From Myxococcota bacterium (GTDB lineage: Bacteria; Myxococcota_A; UBA9160; SZUA-336), in contig CBDFGR010000003.1 in NCBI GenBank assembly GCA_965247115.1, forward strand, positions 2,579,178 through 2,643,177: a DNA stretch of 64,000 nucleotides, given 5' to 3'. The notes under the pieces were generated by a model, which was given only the letters and a program-made list of their open reading frames with translations, had not been told where the DNA came from and did not search any database. Position numbers and translations under genes: made by a program. Below are positions 18,286 to 27,728 of this stretch, one piece after another (position 1 is the first letter of the stretch; every line of letters begins with the position of its first letter).

Positions 18286-19822
18286 GCCTCTCTCCTGGCA
18301 GCAGCCGCAGAGCCGTGGAGCCGCCCTCGCCCTCGTTGCCGCCCTCGCCGGCCCCGACCGCACCGGCCCGCGCTTGGCCATCCAGGTCACCGGACGGGTC
18401 GCTATCCAATACGAGACCGAGCTCGCGGGCCCGCTCGTTGTCCGCCGCGATCTGGCGGTCGAGCTCCTCAACGTCGAGTCCCAGCTTCGCGGCCTCGAGG
18501 CTCCGGCTCGACAGGCCAGCCCGGATCCGCCGGACCGCAGCCTTGATGTCCTTCTCGGGCTCCACGTACTCCCAGCCCGGCGGCTGCCACTGTGCGCGCA
18601 GCAGCCGACCCATGTTCGCGCGCTCCTCCGCTGGGACCTGAACGCGCCCTGAGAGCACCGCGGCCGGCAACCACCAGCGCCAGACGCGTCGACAGAGCTG
18701 GAAGACCATGGCGTTGCGCTGGATCTGCTCCATGCGGCGGCGCACCTCGAGCAACCCAGCTCGGATGCTCGAGAAGTTCACCTTCGAGAGGTCGCCCGAG
18801 AGCTGCTCGTACGTGATGCCTAGGCCAATCGCGACCGATTGGAGCTGCACACGCATGAAGGCTTCGTACGACCCCCCCACATCGGCCGGCTCGGCGAACT
18901 TGATCTCCTCGCCAGGTCCGAGTTCTTGCACTGTCGCCGGCTCCAGTGACGCGAGCGGGATGTTCTCATCGTCCTCCCCTTGAGAGCCCGTACCCAAGGG
19001 GTCTGAATCGGAGGCCGGTTTGGTCACGAACGCCGCAAACATCGCGGCGATCTTCTTGCGCACGACCTCCGCGTCGTCGTACTGATCGAGCTCGTAGAGC
19101 TTGACCAGCACAGAGGCGAATCCCGGGATCTCTCGAAGCTGACCAGCTCACGTCACACGGAAGAGATGGATCACGCGGTCGGCGGGAACGATGACCTTGC
19201 GTTGCTGCCGGAGGTTGAACTCGCCCGGATGCTCGCGCCAGAAGTGATAGGCCTGCCGCCGACCGACCGCGTCGAACTCGATCCCAGCCTGAATCCGGCG
19301 ACCGCCCGGAAGCGGGCGGAACATCGCCGAGTCGAGGTGATCCCCCTCGAGCATCTGAAGCTGCATCGGGACGGACAAGCCATCCGAGCGTCGGCGTGGA
19401 CGCTGTCGAATGAAGACCTCACCGGCCTCCTTCATCTCCCGACAAGCAAGCGCCTGCAGCCCGTAGAAGTCGCAGCACCCATCTGCGTCCGCTTCCTCAA
19501 TCCACTCTGACCAGGCATCGAGGATCTGAGCCCGGAGCTCCTCGCTTCCCGTGACGGGCTTGGGACGGATGCCGTTTCCGACGACATTCGCGACGAACGA
19601 CTCGAGCGCAGCTTCCGCCCAAGGCGACGATCGCACCGCGTCGCGCGACCGAGCCCGAAGTGTCTCGAGCTGGCCGACGATCAGGGCGTTGACGTGCGCA
19701 GTGCTCGGTGCCCAGCCCTTCGCCCGACGACCGAGACCGGCCGCGGGCCAACCCGTCATGGTCGCTTTTGGCTTCGACTTCGGGCTGGCCTTCGAACCGA
19801 AAAGGCGTTGCCAGAGTTCCAT
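18263..19822 (-). pseudogene. Lambda-family portal protein interrupted by in-frame TGA at 19148..19150
   Basis: The two ORFs are in the same frame: VIHLFRVT*AGQLREIPGFASVLVKLYELDQYDDAE. Confidence 0.88.
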
Positions 19823-20032
19823 TCACCAGCCCTTCCGCGTGAACATCCGCACCTGTTTCGGAACCGGCGTCGCCTCGGCGGCTGCATCAAGCGCGCGCTT
19901 GATGACGGCGCGCACGTGGAGCTGCTCCTCGGGGGACCGGTATGTAACGCTCCTGTCGTCGTACTGGACGGTCCGCTCTCCCGACGCGATCGCGGCATCG
20001 AGTGCATCGAGATCGGTTTGCGTCCAGGCCAT
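19823..20032 (-). CDS. Head completion protein (gpW-like)
   Basis: LDALDAAIASGERTVQYDDRSVTYRS. Confidence 0.85.
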   Translation of the reverse strand: MAWTQTDLDALDAAIASGERTVQYDDRSVTYRSPEEQLHVRAVIKRALDAAAEATPVPKQVRMFTRKGW

Positions 20033-20042
20033 CGCGACCCCC

Positions 20043-22049
20043 TCAACGGTTCAGCCAGCTACTCGAGTTCTTCCGGCGCCCGCGCTTCGTCTTCGCCGGC
20101 GAGTGCGCCGCGTCGGCTTTGGTCGCGAGCTCGATCAGGGCCTCGACTCGGTTCGCCTCCGCTTCGAGGTCGAGACCCATCGACTTCAAGCCTTCAAGTC
20201 CGGCCATTGCATAGACCGCGGTGTCGAGTGCCTCGTTCCGCCGACCTGGGCTCTTCAGCTCCCATGCACGACTCGGGAAACCACGCTTGTCGTGGACCTC
20301 ATGAGCCTGCTCCGCCGTGAGTTGCTCGTAGTACTCCGCCGGCAGCCAGCTCGGAAAATGGATATACCCCGGGCCGGGCTCGACGTTCTTCTGGAGGGAG
20401 CGGTGGATCGCTTCCTTCGCCGCATCGACCCTGAGAGTGAACAGGGGGATCTTCCCCTTGTTGTTCATGTTCGGCTTCTTCGGCCAGAGATCGCCAGCCC
20501 CCGCAGAGCCCTTCACCGCGAAGACGTAGGCGCGACGCCCATCGGGAGTCGGCACGCGAAACCGCGGCCGACAGAAGTCATACGCTCTCAGCGTGTGATG
20601 GCCTGTATCGACGCACGTCGCGCGGATGTAGTCGACGCCACCCCGCTCGAGTCTCCGAGGCCTACAGATCAGCTCCCAGAGCTCGTCCCAGATAGCCTTC
20701 GCGGACGGGTCGCCCGGCAGGACGTGGTATTCGAGCTTCCAGTTCTCCTCGCCGCGGCCCCAGGCCTCCACCTGACACTCGATGCGATCGTCCTGAACGT
20801 CGACGCCTGCCGTGAGTACCGCCGCAGCGCGGGGAACCACCTGCTGACCTTCCTGCTCCGGGTATTCTTCGCTGCGCTCGCGGATCCGATCCTTGTCGAG
20901 GCTGTGGTACTTCTCTTCCCACCACTCCGCGAGTACCGTGTTGATGAACACCTTCAGGAGCGGCGTGTTCCCCTGAGCCGCGAGCCATTGCTTCACTAGC
21001 GCCTGGAGGTTCCGCCGTTCCCACGGCGAGTAGAGCGCCGATAGGTGGAAGCCTGCCGTGCCCTTGAACTCTGCCGTCGCCCGCCACTCTCCCTGACTGA
21101 CCGCGCCCCAGCGGTCGACGTCATCCCAGGCCGAGCCGCAACGCTTGCAGGCGTAGATCGCGCTCTCCGGCACGTGCGCGCCGGACTCGCTCTTATCCCA
21201 GTGGACCTGATCCCAGATGAGTGTCTGAAACTCTCCGCAGTCCGGACACGGCACGAAGTACCGCCGCTGATCGCTTTCGTTCCAGGCGACCTCGAGGCGG
21301 CTGATCCCCGCAGTCCCAGGGCTGGAGATCAGCACGACCAGAGCATTCCAAAACGTTGAGGTCCGGGTCGTTGCCAGCTGAACGGGATCGCCCTCAGTCC
21401 CAGCGCTCGGCGGATACCGATCGACCTCGTCCGCGATCACGATCCGGATCGGGCGGCTCGAAAGATCCGCCGCGGAGTTCGCCCCGGCGAGCGTCAAGTG
21501 TCCGCCCGGGAAGGACTTGTGCAGCAGCGTGTTGTCAGAGTCGCGGGTTCGCGCGTCGCGGATCTTCGCGCGCAACGCCGGCGTGTCCCGGCGCATCGGC
21601 GCGATGCGATCCTTGGAGATGGTCTTCGCCATGTCCAGCGTCGGCTCGAGGAAGAGCATCGGCGCCGGGTCGTAGTCGATATGGAAGCCGATCAGATTGA
21701 GGACGGCTTCGGTCTTCGCGGCTTGCGAGGCGAACACACCAACGACCTGGTCGACGTCCGGCTCCGTGAATGCATCCATGAGACCGGCCAAATACGGTAC
21801 GCGGCTCGTCCGCCACTGACCCGGTTCAGCGCTTGCCTCCGGACTGAGAACCCTCTTTCGATCCGCCCACTCTCGGACGCCGATTCGCGGCGGCGGACGC
21901 ATCGTCCCCAGCGCCACTCCGAGCAGCTCGCGGGCGCCGCTTCGGTTCTTTGTCCGTGAGCGCAGTCCCCGCAGAAGCGAGGTCTTGGAGCGCGCTGTCG
22001 ATCTGGTTCCGGAGGACCTCCTCGATCTGCCGGGTCGTTTTGAGGGCAC
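20043..22049 (-). CDS. Terminase large subunit (gpA family); true start probably near 21900-21920
   Basis: ASQAAKTE Walker A, DEVDRYP, CPDC/CKRC, GVDVQ and RNEALD motifs. Confidence 0.93.
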   Translation of the reverse strand: MPSKRPGRSRRSSGTRSTARSKTSLLRGLRSRTKNRSGARELLGVALGTMRPPPRIGVREWADRKRVLSPEASAEPGQWRTSRVPYLAGLMDAFTEPDVDQVVGVFASQAAKTEAVLNLIGFHIDYDPAPMLFLEPTLDMAKTISKDRIAPMRRDTPALRAKIRDARTRDSDNTLLHKSFPGGHLTLAGANSAADLSSRPIRIVIADEVDRYPPSAGTEGDPVQLATTRTSTFWNALVVLISSPGTAGISRLEVAWNESDQRRYFVPCPDCGEFQTLIWDQVHWDKSESGAHVPESAIYACKRCGSAWDDVDRWGAVSQGEWRATAEFKGTAGFHLSALYSPWERRNLQALVKQWLAAQGNTPLLKVFINTVLAEWWEEKYHSLDKDRIRERSEEYPEQEGQQVVPRAAAVLTAGVDVQDDRIECQVEAWGRGEENWKLEYHVLPGDPSAKAIWDELWELICRPRRLERGGVDYIRATCVDTGHHTLRAYDFCRPRFRVPTPDGRRAYVFAVKGSAGAGDLWPKKPNMNNKGKIPLFTLRVDAAKEAIHRSLQKNVEPGPGYIHFPSWLPAEYYEQLTAEQAHEVHDKRGFPSRAWELKSPGRRNEALDTAVYAMAGLEGLKSMGLDLEAEANRVEALIELATKADAAHSPAKTKRGRRKNSSSWLNR

Positions 22050-22425
22050 GGACTAGCGGCGCCGTCGTTGTCGGGACCGTTCGGAGCCGCGTCGTGATCG
22101 TCGAAGCCAGCTCGACCAGGGCGAGCTCAGAGTCTGCCCGATCGACCAGCTCCTCCTTCCTGACACGGAGCGTGAGTTCCGCGAGTTCCGCGTTCGCCCG
22201 TTCGCGCCGGGTACGCTCGACATCGTATTCATCGCTCCGTTCGGCCTGCCGCCTCTCGATCTGCTTCTGGAGCCAGGCCACGTAACCCTGGACGCAGGCG
22301 ATCAGGTCGTACTGGCCACGCGCGGCTTTCGGGATGATCTCTTCACGCGCGAGCTGCTGAACGCGCCGCTCCCCCAACATGAGGACCCGGGCGATCACGC
22401 TCACCCCGTAGGTGTTGCCGGCCAT
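21826..22425 (-). CDS. Terminase small subunit (Nu1-like)
   Basis: HTH ERRVQQL...GQYDL...YVAWL followed by coiled coil; upstream of TerL. Confidence 0.85.
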   Translation of the reverse strand: MAGNTYGVSVIARVLMLGERRVQQLAREEIIPKAARGQYDLIACVQGYVAWLQKQIERRQAERSDEYDVERTRRERANAELAELTLRVRKEELVDRADSELALVELASTITTRLRTVPTTTAPLVRALKTTRQIEEVLRNQIDSALQDLASAGTALTDKEPKRRPRAARSGAGDDASAAANRRPRVGGSKEGSQSGGKR

Positions 22426-22540
22426 CGGTTCTCTACGGTCCGCGCGCTTCTGACGACCACCGATGGTTTCGACCTTCATCCCCGGCACTCTCCAAACCGA
22501 AACGAAACGGCCTCAGAATCTTCGCTCTCGCTAGATCTAC

Positions 22541-22586
22541 CGCGCGCTGCGCGTTACCCGCAGGCGAGCATCGCCAGAAAGGACCC
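22541..22586 (-). other. Candidate lambda-type cos site (cosQ plus cosN)
   Basis: GGGTCCTTTCTGGCGAT...TGCG-GGTAACGCGCAG-CGCG upstream of terS, paralleling lambda GGGTCCTTTCCGGTGAT...TACG-12 nt-CGCG. Confidence 0.7.
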
Positions 22587-22829
22587 AAAATCCGCTACTT
22601 ACAAAGGATGCACGCGTAGACCGACGGGCCGGCGGTGGATCCCCCCTCTGCCGGATGGAAATGGGAGACGCATGAACAAGGAGAACACCGTCTGGCCATT
22701 CGTATAAACTGAGGCCCCCTCAACTTGGTACGGGTACACCTTCACCTACCAGGCCCAGTACAGACGTCTCTCATCTTTTCCTTCCCCTACCGCGCTGATC
22801 CTCGCGCGGTCGTTGCTGTTTCCGCGTTC

Positions 22830-22936
22830 CATGACGCCATGACGCCCATGACGCGTACCCTGTAGAGTTTCCCCACACGAGGGTTTGTTAAGGGAAAGTG
22901 TGCAGAACTGACGTCATGCTCCGTCATGGCGTCATG
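22830..22936. repeat. Three CATGACG facing three CGTCATG (iteron-like inverted array)
   Basis: CATGACG at 22830, 22838, 22847; CGTCATG at 22912, 22922, 22930. Confidence 0.85.
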
Positions 22937-23100
22937 CCGGACTCAGCTAGCAGCCCAATTCCCTGCCAGTACGGGCGGTAGTAGACAGCATCGCCATGGT
23001 CCAAGCCATCTCTCCGACCGGCGTCGCGAAGGCCTCAAGCTACCTGTTGCGACGATGCCGAAAACCTAGGGATTCTGGTCGGACATTGCCACGGTGCGGT

Positions 23101-23169
23101 GTACCAACAAGTACCAACAAGTACCAACGATCGCGCGATTTGTGGGGATTTGTTGGTACTTGTTGGTAC
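23101..23169. repeat. GTACCAACAA-type unit, three direct and two inverted copies
   Basis: Directly visible; lies just downstream of a small HTH gene. Confidence 0.9.
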
Positions 23170-23185
23170 AGATTCCCTGTGGAAC

Positions 23186-23371
23186 TCAATCTCCCCTTTG
23201 GTATCGCTCAAGATCGCTCTCGCGGATGTAGTAACGAGGCTTCCCGTTGGGCCCATACTCCATCCTGCAAGAGAGGACTCCCCGCGTGATCCGGCGGCGA
23301 ATCGTACGGGAGTTGCAGCGGAGAATCCGAGCTGCCTGGCTCGGTGTGTACTCGCGCTCAGGCTCGGACAC
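23186..23371 (-). CDS. Small excisionase-like HTH DNA-binding protein
   Basis: YTPSQAARILRCNSRTIRRRI..G...YYIRESDLERY. Confidence 0.75.
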   Translation of the reverse strand: MSEPEREYTPSQAARILRCNSRTIRRRITRGVLSCRMEYGPNGKPRYYIRESDLERYQRGD

Positions 23372-23930
23372 GCTCCGCCCTTCGGACCCAGCAGCCGGCA
23401 TGCTCGAGCCGTCTGGTAAACGCTCGGCGTCCATCCCTTGCGAGTTCGACGATGCGCTCGTGATACCAGCTGAACGGCGCCCGAGGCCAGAGATCCGGTG
23501 CGTCCTGCTCGAGCTCGCGCGTCGTCACGCCCAGCGCGTGGGGAAAGTAGATGCGCGCCGGCCAGCGCGTCCTCTGTGAGCCGTACATCCGGGCAATGAT
23601 TCCGTCCACTTGTGCCAGAGGTCCGTATCGCTCGAGGAACTCCACGAGGTGGTCGTCGCTCGGAATACGACCCCCTCGGCGCCGGCGCTTCTGCTCTATC
23701 ACGCGGAGCCGGTACGTGTCCTGGTAGCTCCACGCGCGACCGCAGCCACCACACACCTCCGTCGGCTCGACGACTCCCTTCGTCTTCGTCATCCGGAGCG
23801 TGTACCCGCAGTTCGTGCAGGAAGAGTCGTAGATGCGGCCGTGCTGGACGATGGAGCACTGGCCGGGCGCACCGAGCTCGGTCGCTCGAGCGGCGTACCA
23901 GCGTACCCAACCATCGGCCGTCAGCGTCAC
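23358..23930 (-). CDS. Zinc-finger protein at late-regulator (Q-like) position
   Basis: CTNC and CGGC pairs; position before the late operon. Confidence 0.55.
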   Translation of the reverse strand: MTLTADGWVRWYAARATELGAPGQCSIVQHGRIYDSSCTNCGYTLRMTKTKGVVEPTEVCGGCGRAWSYQDTYRLRVIEQKRRRRGGRIPSDDHLVEFLERYGPLAQVDGIIARMYGSQRTRWPARIYFPHALGVTTRELEQDAPDLWPRAPFSWYHERIVELARDGRRAFTRRLEHAGCWVRRAERVRA

Positions 23931-23985
23931 TTCGGCGTTGCGTTCTTGACGAGGAAGTCGACCAGCATGGGTGTCCGCGACTGGA

Positions 23986-24444
23986 TCACTGATTCTCCTT
24001 CGTCTCCGCGTACGTGACGGCGATCGCGAGCGCGCTCCAGATGTCGGCCTTGATTCCGTGAAGCGGACCCGGCTTCGCTTTCTTGCCGATCGCCTTCTCC
24101 GTACCGCCGAACTTGTCGATCAGGGCCTGGCGGATGTTGGAGTCCTTCGCTCTCTGCGAGTTGCAGAGATGCGCCTTCACTTCACGCCGATAGACGAGCG
24201 CGTGTCGGTCTGGCTCCTTCGCCTGCATGAACCGTCCGATCCAGAGCACGGTCTCGAACACCTCTCGTCCGACAGGCATTCCGTAGCTCGCGATCATTTC
24301 GATGGCGAGCAAGTACGCCAGCGTGGAGTTCTTGATGATCTCTACGATGTACTCGTTCCTGTCGATCCCGAACTGGACCGGCTCGCCCTTCTCAAAGGTG
24401 AGCCACGCGCTCTGGATCGTGCCTGGATCGATTGCGAGGATCAC
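23986..24444 (-). CDS. RuvC-like Holliday junction resolvase
   Basis: ILAIDPG, IEM, AKD and DIWSALAIA motifs. Confidence 0.8.
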   Translation of the reverse strand: MILAIDPGTIQSAWLTFEKGEPVQFGIDRNEYIVEIIKNSTLAYLLAIEMIASYGMPVGREVFETVLWIGRFMQAKEPDRHALVYRREVKAHLCNSQRAKDSNIRQALIDKFGGTEKAIGKKAKPGPLHGIKADIWSALAIAVTYAETKENQ

Positions 24445-24452
24445 GGTTCGGG

Positions 24453-24701
24453 CTAGCTCCCCGGTATCTTCGGCGTCTCCATGATCCCGAACGCCTGGAG
24501 CGTGGTGATGAGATCCGTCTCTGCGGCCTTCGCGCCCTGTGCCGCGCGCTTCTCCTCTTGGACGGTGCCGAAGAGACGCGTAGCAGCAGCCGAGACCTTC
24601 TGCACTTGCACCTTCAGAGCCGCGTTTTCCGTCTCGAGCTGCTTGATCCTCTTCTTCAGCTCCTGGTCAGAGCTTCCCTTCTTTCGCGACGCCTCACCCA
24701 T
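24453..24701 (-). CDS. Hypothetical coiled-coil protein
   Basis: Packed small ORF with heptad pattern. Confidence 0.55.
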   Translation of the reverse strand: MGEASRKKGSSDQELKKRIKQLETENAALKVQVQKVSAAATRLFGTVQEEKRAAQGAKAAETDLITTLQAFGIMETPKIPGS

Positions 24702-24888
24702 CAGCGTCGCCCGTCTCGGTGACCGTCACGTCGACGCTCGTTCCGATCTTCAGCTTGGCGATAGTGGCGACGACCAGCTGACACACGTGGCCGCTCGAGT
24801 TTCGCAGCGAGACCCGCCACTTCAGGCCGCCCCCTTCGAGGCTCTGCGCAATCTCGGAGACCTGGAAAGCTTCCCTGAACACCTCCAT
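24694..24888 (-). CDS. Hypothetical protein
   Basis: RBS and overlap with the next gene. Confidence 0.5.
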   Translation of the reverse strand: MEVFREAFQVSEIAQSLEGGGLKWRVSLRNSSGHVCQLVVATIAKLKIGTSVDVTVTETGDADG

Positions 24889-25062
24889 CTACTCATCTCC
24901 TTTCCGTTTGGGGATTACACACGATAGGCCCAAGCTCGAACAACGCGCACGCGCCGATCCAGAGAGTGAGGAGCAACAGCGAGGCGGAGACTCCAGGTAA
25001 CGCTCCCCCCCAGTCAGCGTGAACCCCCGGAGAGTTCCTCTTCGCTGCCCTCCTCACGAGAC

Positions 25063-25278
25063 TCATAACGCATGATCCGGACCGTTCGTGTCGGTCCGAT
25101 CGTGAATGCCGATCACATCGGCGCCGCGGTTGTCGCTCTTCGAGTCCACGAAGGCCTCGAGGTTGTCGCACAGGCGCTCGAGGGCGTTGACCAGAGGGAT
25201 CGCGATCTTGCCGATTTGATTGACGATCGCCAGCACGACGACCGTGGTGCACAGCATGATCACTCCGAGGATGATCAC
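25063..25278 (-). CDS. Small membrane protein
   Basis: GTG start after GGAGGG; N-terminal hydrophobic helix. Confidence 0.5.
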   Translation of the reverse strand: MIILGVIMLCTTVVVLAIVNQIGKIAIPLVNALERLCDNLEAFVDSKSDNRGADVIGIHDRTDTNGPDHAL

Positions 25279-25369
25279 AGCTTGACCCTCCAGCGGAGAT
25301 CTCCGCTGCCCTCCACGCGTACGATGAGCTGCTCTCGTGGATGCTGGAAGAGGCCGAGCTGGTCCACGG

Positions 25370-25600
25370 CTACAGCAGCTCCTGGATCTCGGCAAGGTCC
25401 CGGCGACCCTTTGCGAGAAGCTGCTCGCACCGGCCCAGCAGACGCTCCAAGCGAGAGACGGCCGCCTCGCACGGTCGAGGCTCCCTCTGATGCTCCTTCC
25501 AGGACCTCTGGCAGCTCATGCACCACATGGTCTCTCCAAAGCTGTGTCCGTTCGCCAGGAAGTCCCCCTTCCGTTTCCGCACATCTCGCGCGTGCTTCAC
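25370..25600 (-). CDS. Small Cys/His protein
   Basis: H...CMSC...H...C; strong RBS upstream of GTG. Confidence 0.5.
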   Translation of the reverse strand: MKHARDVRKRKGDFLANGHSFGETMWCMSCQRSWKEHQREPRPCEAAVSRLERLLGRCEQLLAKGRRDLAEIQELL

Positions 25601-25623
25601 AGCCCTACCCCCTCCCGTGTCCA

Positions 25624-25821
25624 TCAATGCACCGCTCGCTCGGCATCCGGCCGGAGATCCTTCGACAGCACCTCGACCCTCTCGGCACAATGGATGCCGT
25701 AGAGCACCGAGTACACGCGCAGCCGGTCCAGATCTGCCCTGCCGTTGCCCTTGTTCTTGAAGTAGCCGCCGTTCTGGCCAACGGAGGGGAACTCGACGAA
25801 ATGGTGGACGTGATCCGGCAT
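25624..25821 (-). CDS. Hypothetical protein (true start ATG 25821)
   Basis: GGAG RBS before ATG; forms the second half of the fused 152-aa ORF in the track. Confidence 0.5.
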   Translation of the reverse strand: MPDHVHHFVEFPSVGQNGGYFKNKGNGRADLDRLRVYSVLYGIHCAERVEVLSKDLRPDAERAVH

Positions 25822-25829
25822 CCGGACTC

Positions 25830-26082
25830 CTAGACCAGCTCCAGCTGGTTGTTCCGCCAGCGCGCCCTGAAGATCACGGGCTCTTCCGGAACGCGGGTCC
25901 GCGCGCTGAATGTGGATCTCCGGATCCTCGTCCTCGCGTCCGGGCTTCACTGCAATCGTGATGGAGCAGAACGCTTGCCGTTGGTGCCGCCGCGCTGCGG
26001 TCTCCAATTGCGCGAAGTGCTTGAACACGATCTGCTGAACCTTCGTTCCCATCTTCTCGAGTCGTCCGGCCGTCGCGGCCAT
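25830..26082 (-). pseudogene. Small early gene with apparent 1-nt insertion near 25909
   Basis: The shifted frame reads SARTRVPEEPVIFRARWRNNQLELV* and stops right at the next RBS. Confidence 0.55.
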
Positions 26083-26100
26083 CGTCGGTGTGCTGCGCCC

Positions 26101-26412
26101 TCATGACTCGTCCTCCTCCTCGAGCTTCGCGCCCTGGAACAGCGCGAGCTGCCGCCCGATGTGGTGGAGCTTGATTTCTACGTCGTCGATCGGCTTCGTC
26201 TCAAGTTGGATCGACACCTTTGGGAACTTGATCGTTACGCCAAGCTCACCTGTGTCCGGGTCCGTCTTGAAGATGCACTTCGGCTTGAACTCGGCGGCGG
26301 CCTTGCCGCCCTTGATCGAGTCCGAGATCAACGGAAGCTCGGGCAGGAGCTTCGTGTAGATCTCCCCCGAGACCCTTACCGCGAGCTCCTCATGGTGTTT
26401 CTGTTGCACCAC
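26101..26412 (-). CDS. Hypothetical protein
   Basis: GGAGGAG RBS, coding-like composition, ends QLALF...EEEDES. Confidence 0.65.
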   Translation of the reverse strand: MVQQKHHEELAVRVSGEIYTKLLPELPLISDSIKGGKAAAEFKPKCIFKTDPDTGELGVTIKFPKVSIQLETKPIDDVEIKLHHIGRQLALFQGAKLEEEDES

Positions 26413-26638
26413 TGCGCTCCTCCTTCTGTACCGAGCGGGTCGCCCGCTCGATGGCTTCCTCGTACTCGCGCTGGACGAGCCCGCGCGCGGACTTGCTTCG
26501 ACAACCGAACAGGTTCTGCCGCGTGCGGTACACCTCAGAGGCGACCATCATCGGGACCTGGTCCATGTGCACATCGCACATGACGACGATGTGATTCCGT
26601 GGTGCTCGGTGGCAACCCGCTACGCGACACACGCTCAT
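26390..26638 (-). CDS. Small zinc-finger protein
   Basis: C-x4-C...C-x2-H; ATGA overlap with upstream gene. Confidence 0.6.
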   Translation of the reverse strand: MSVCRVAGCHRAPRNHIVVMCDVHMDQVPMMVASEVYRTRQNLFGCRSKSARGLVQREYEEAIERATRSVQKEERSGATETP

Positions 26639-26877
26639 AGCAGCCTCGGCTGGTGCGGATCGCTGGCTCGAGCTTCGTGGATTCGCTGCCGTCGTCGTTC
26701 CGTGAAGACGTGCTCTCCCAAGCGTGCGCCTTCGGCCTCGAGCGTACGCAGAGCGCTGTACAAGTCTCTGCGCAGCGTGCGCTCCAGGTCCGGACTCTCG
26801 ATGAGGAACGTCACGATCTGCTCCTGCTCCTCCCAGCACTCCACCATTCGGGCCTCGAGCCTCTCCGCGGCGGTCAT
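26635..26877 (-). CDS. Hypothetical protein
   Basis: GGAGGAGG RBS, ATGA overlap with helicase. Confidence 0.65.
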   Translation of the reverse strand: MTAAERLEARMVECWEEQEQIVTFLIESPDLERTLRRDLYSALRTLEAEGARLGEHVFTERRRQRIHEARASDPHQPRLL

Positions 26878-27728
26878 GCCTCCTCCTTCGCGGGGAAGAA
26901 CCTGCTCGTTTGCCAGTCGCGCGTGAACGTGCCGAGCTTTCCGGCCGCGCCATCGCGATGCTTGATCAGGTCGAGCTCGCACTCGTCAGCCGCACCGTTC
27001 GGCTTCTTCCGGATCGTGAGGCCGACACTCGCTCGATACGCCGGGTTGCGGCCCTTGATCCCACCTGCGGCGTTGAGCTCGGAGCAGGCGATAAACCGGA
27101 TGAAGCCGTGACTCTCCTGGACGAGCCAGTCCATCCACGCCACGAGGAAACGCAGGTTCTGGAACTCGTTCGCTTGCGGCTTCGACATAAGGTCGCTGAT
27201 CGTGTTGAGCGAGTCGAGCACGACCAGGATCCCAGTGTGCCCGGTCATGTAGCGCTGAAGGATCAGGTCGACGACATCCGAGAGGCGGTGTCCGAAGTGG
27301 GCCCTGGTCCAGAACCATGACGTGCCCGCGATCCTTGGGAACTCTTGCGCGAAGTTGTGGCCGTACCAGCGTCGGACGCGCTTCTGCACCAAGCCCGCGC
27401 CGTTCTCCGCGTCGACGACGATTGTGCAGATGTCCTGATGCGCAGCCTCGAGCGAGCTGGCCAAGGCGGCCCCGCTCTTGCCGGCTCCCCACTCGCCGCC
27501 AAGCACCGTCAGTCCCTGGAACCCGCCGTACTTCTCGTCGAACACAGCGATCCCGGAAGGCCAGCGGGGATACTCGGGGAGATCCTCGTCCGCCATCGGG
27601 CTGACCTCAAGCCGCCGTCGGATCGATGGCAAGTCCTTCGCCTGCGCCAGCAGCCGCCGCGTTTGCTCCACCGCAGCAGCGGTCTGCTGGATCTGCTCCA
27701 CGTGGAAGAGGTCTGTCCGTTCCGTCAT
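26874..27728 (-). CDS. DnaB/RecA-fold replicative helicase-like ATPase
   Basis: Walker A GEWGAGKS, Walker B LVVLDS, SELN and KHRDG motifs. Confidence 0.82.
   Translation of the reverse strand: MTERTDLFHVEQIQQTAAAVEQTRRLLAQAKDLPSIRRRLEVSPMADEDLPEYPRWPSGIAVFDEKYGGFQGLTVLGGEWGAGKSGAALASSLEAAHQDICTIVVDAENGAGLVQKRVRRWYGHNFAQEFPRIAGTSWFWTRAHFGHRLSDVVDLILQRYMTGHTGILVVLDSLNTISDLMSKPQANEFQNLRFLVAWMDWLVQESHGFIRFIACSELNAAGGIKGRNPAYRASVGLTIRKKPNGAADECELDLIKHRDGAAGKLGTFTRDWQTSRFFPAKEEA

Noticed and set aside
19100..19150. Selenocysteine at the portal TGA
   Set aside because: The position corresponds to Arg in the family motif rather than Cys, and no convincing SECIS hairpin was seen.
23101..23169. Short repeats as a mini CRISPR array
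   Set aside because: Units are 10 bp, contiguous and lack unique spacers.
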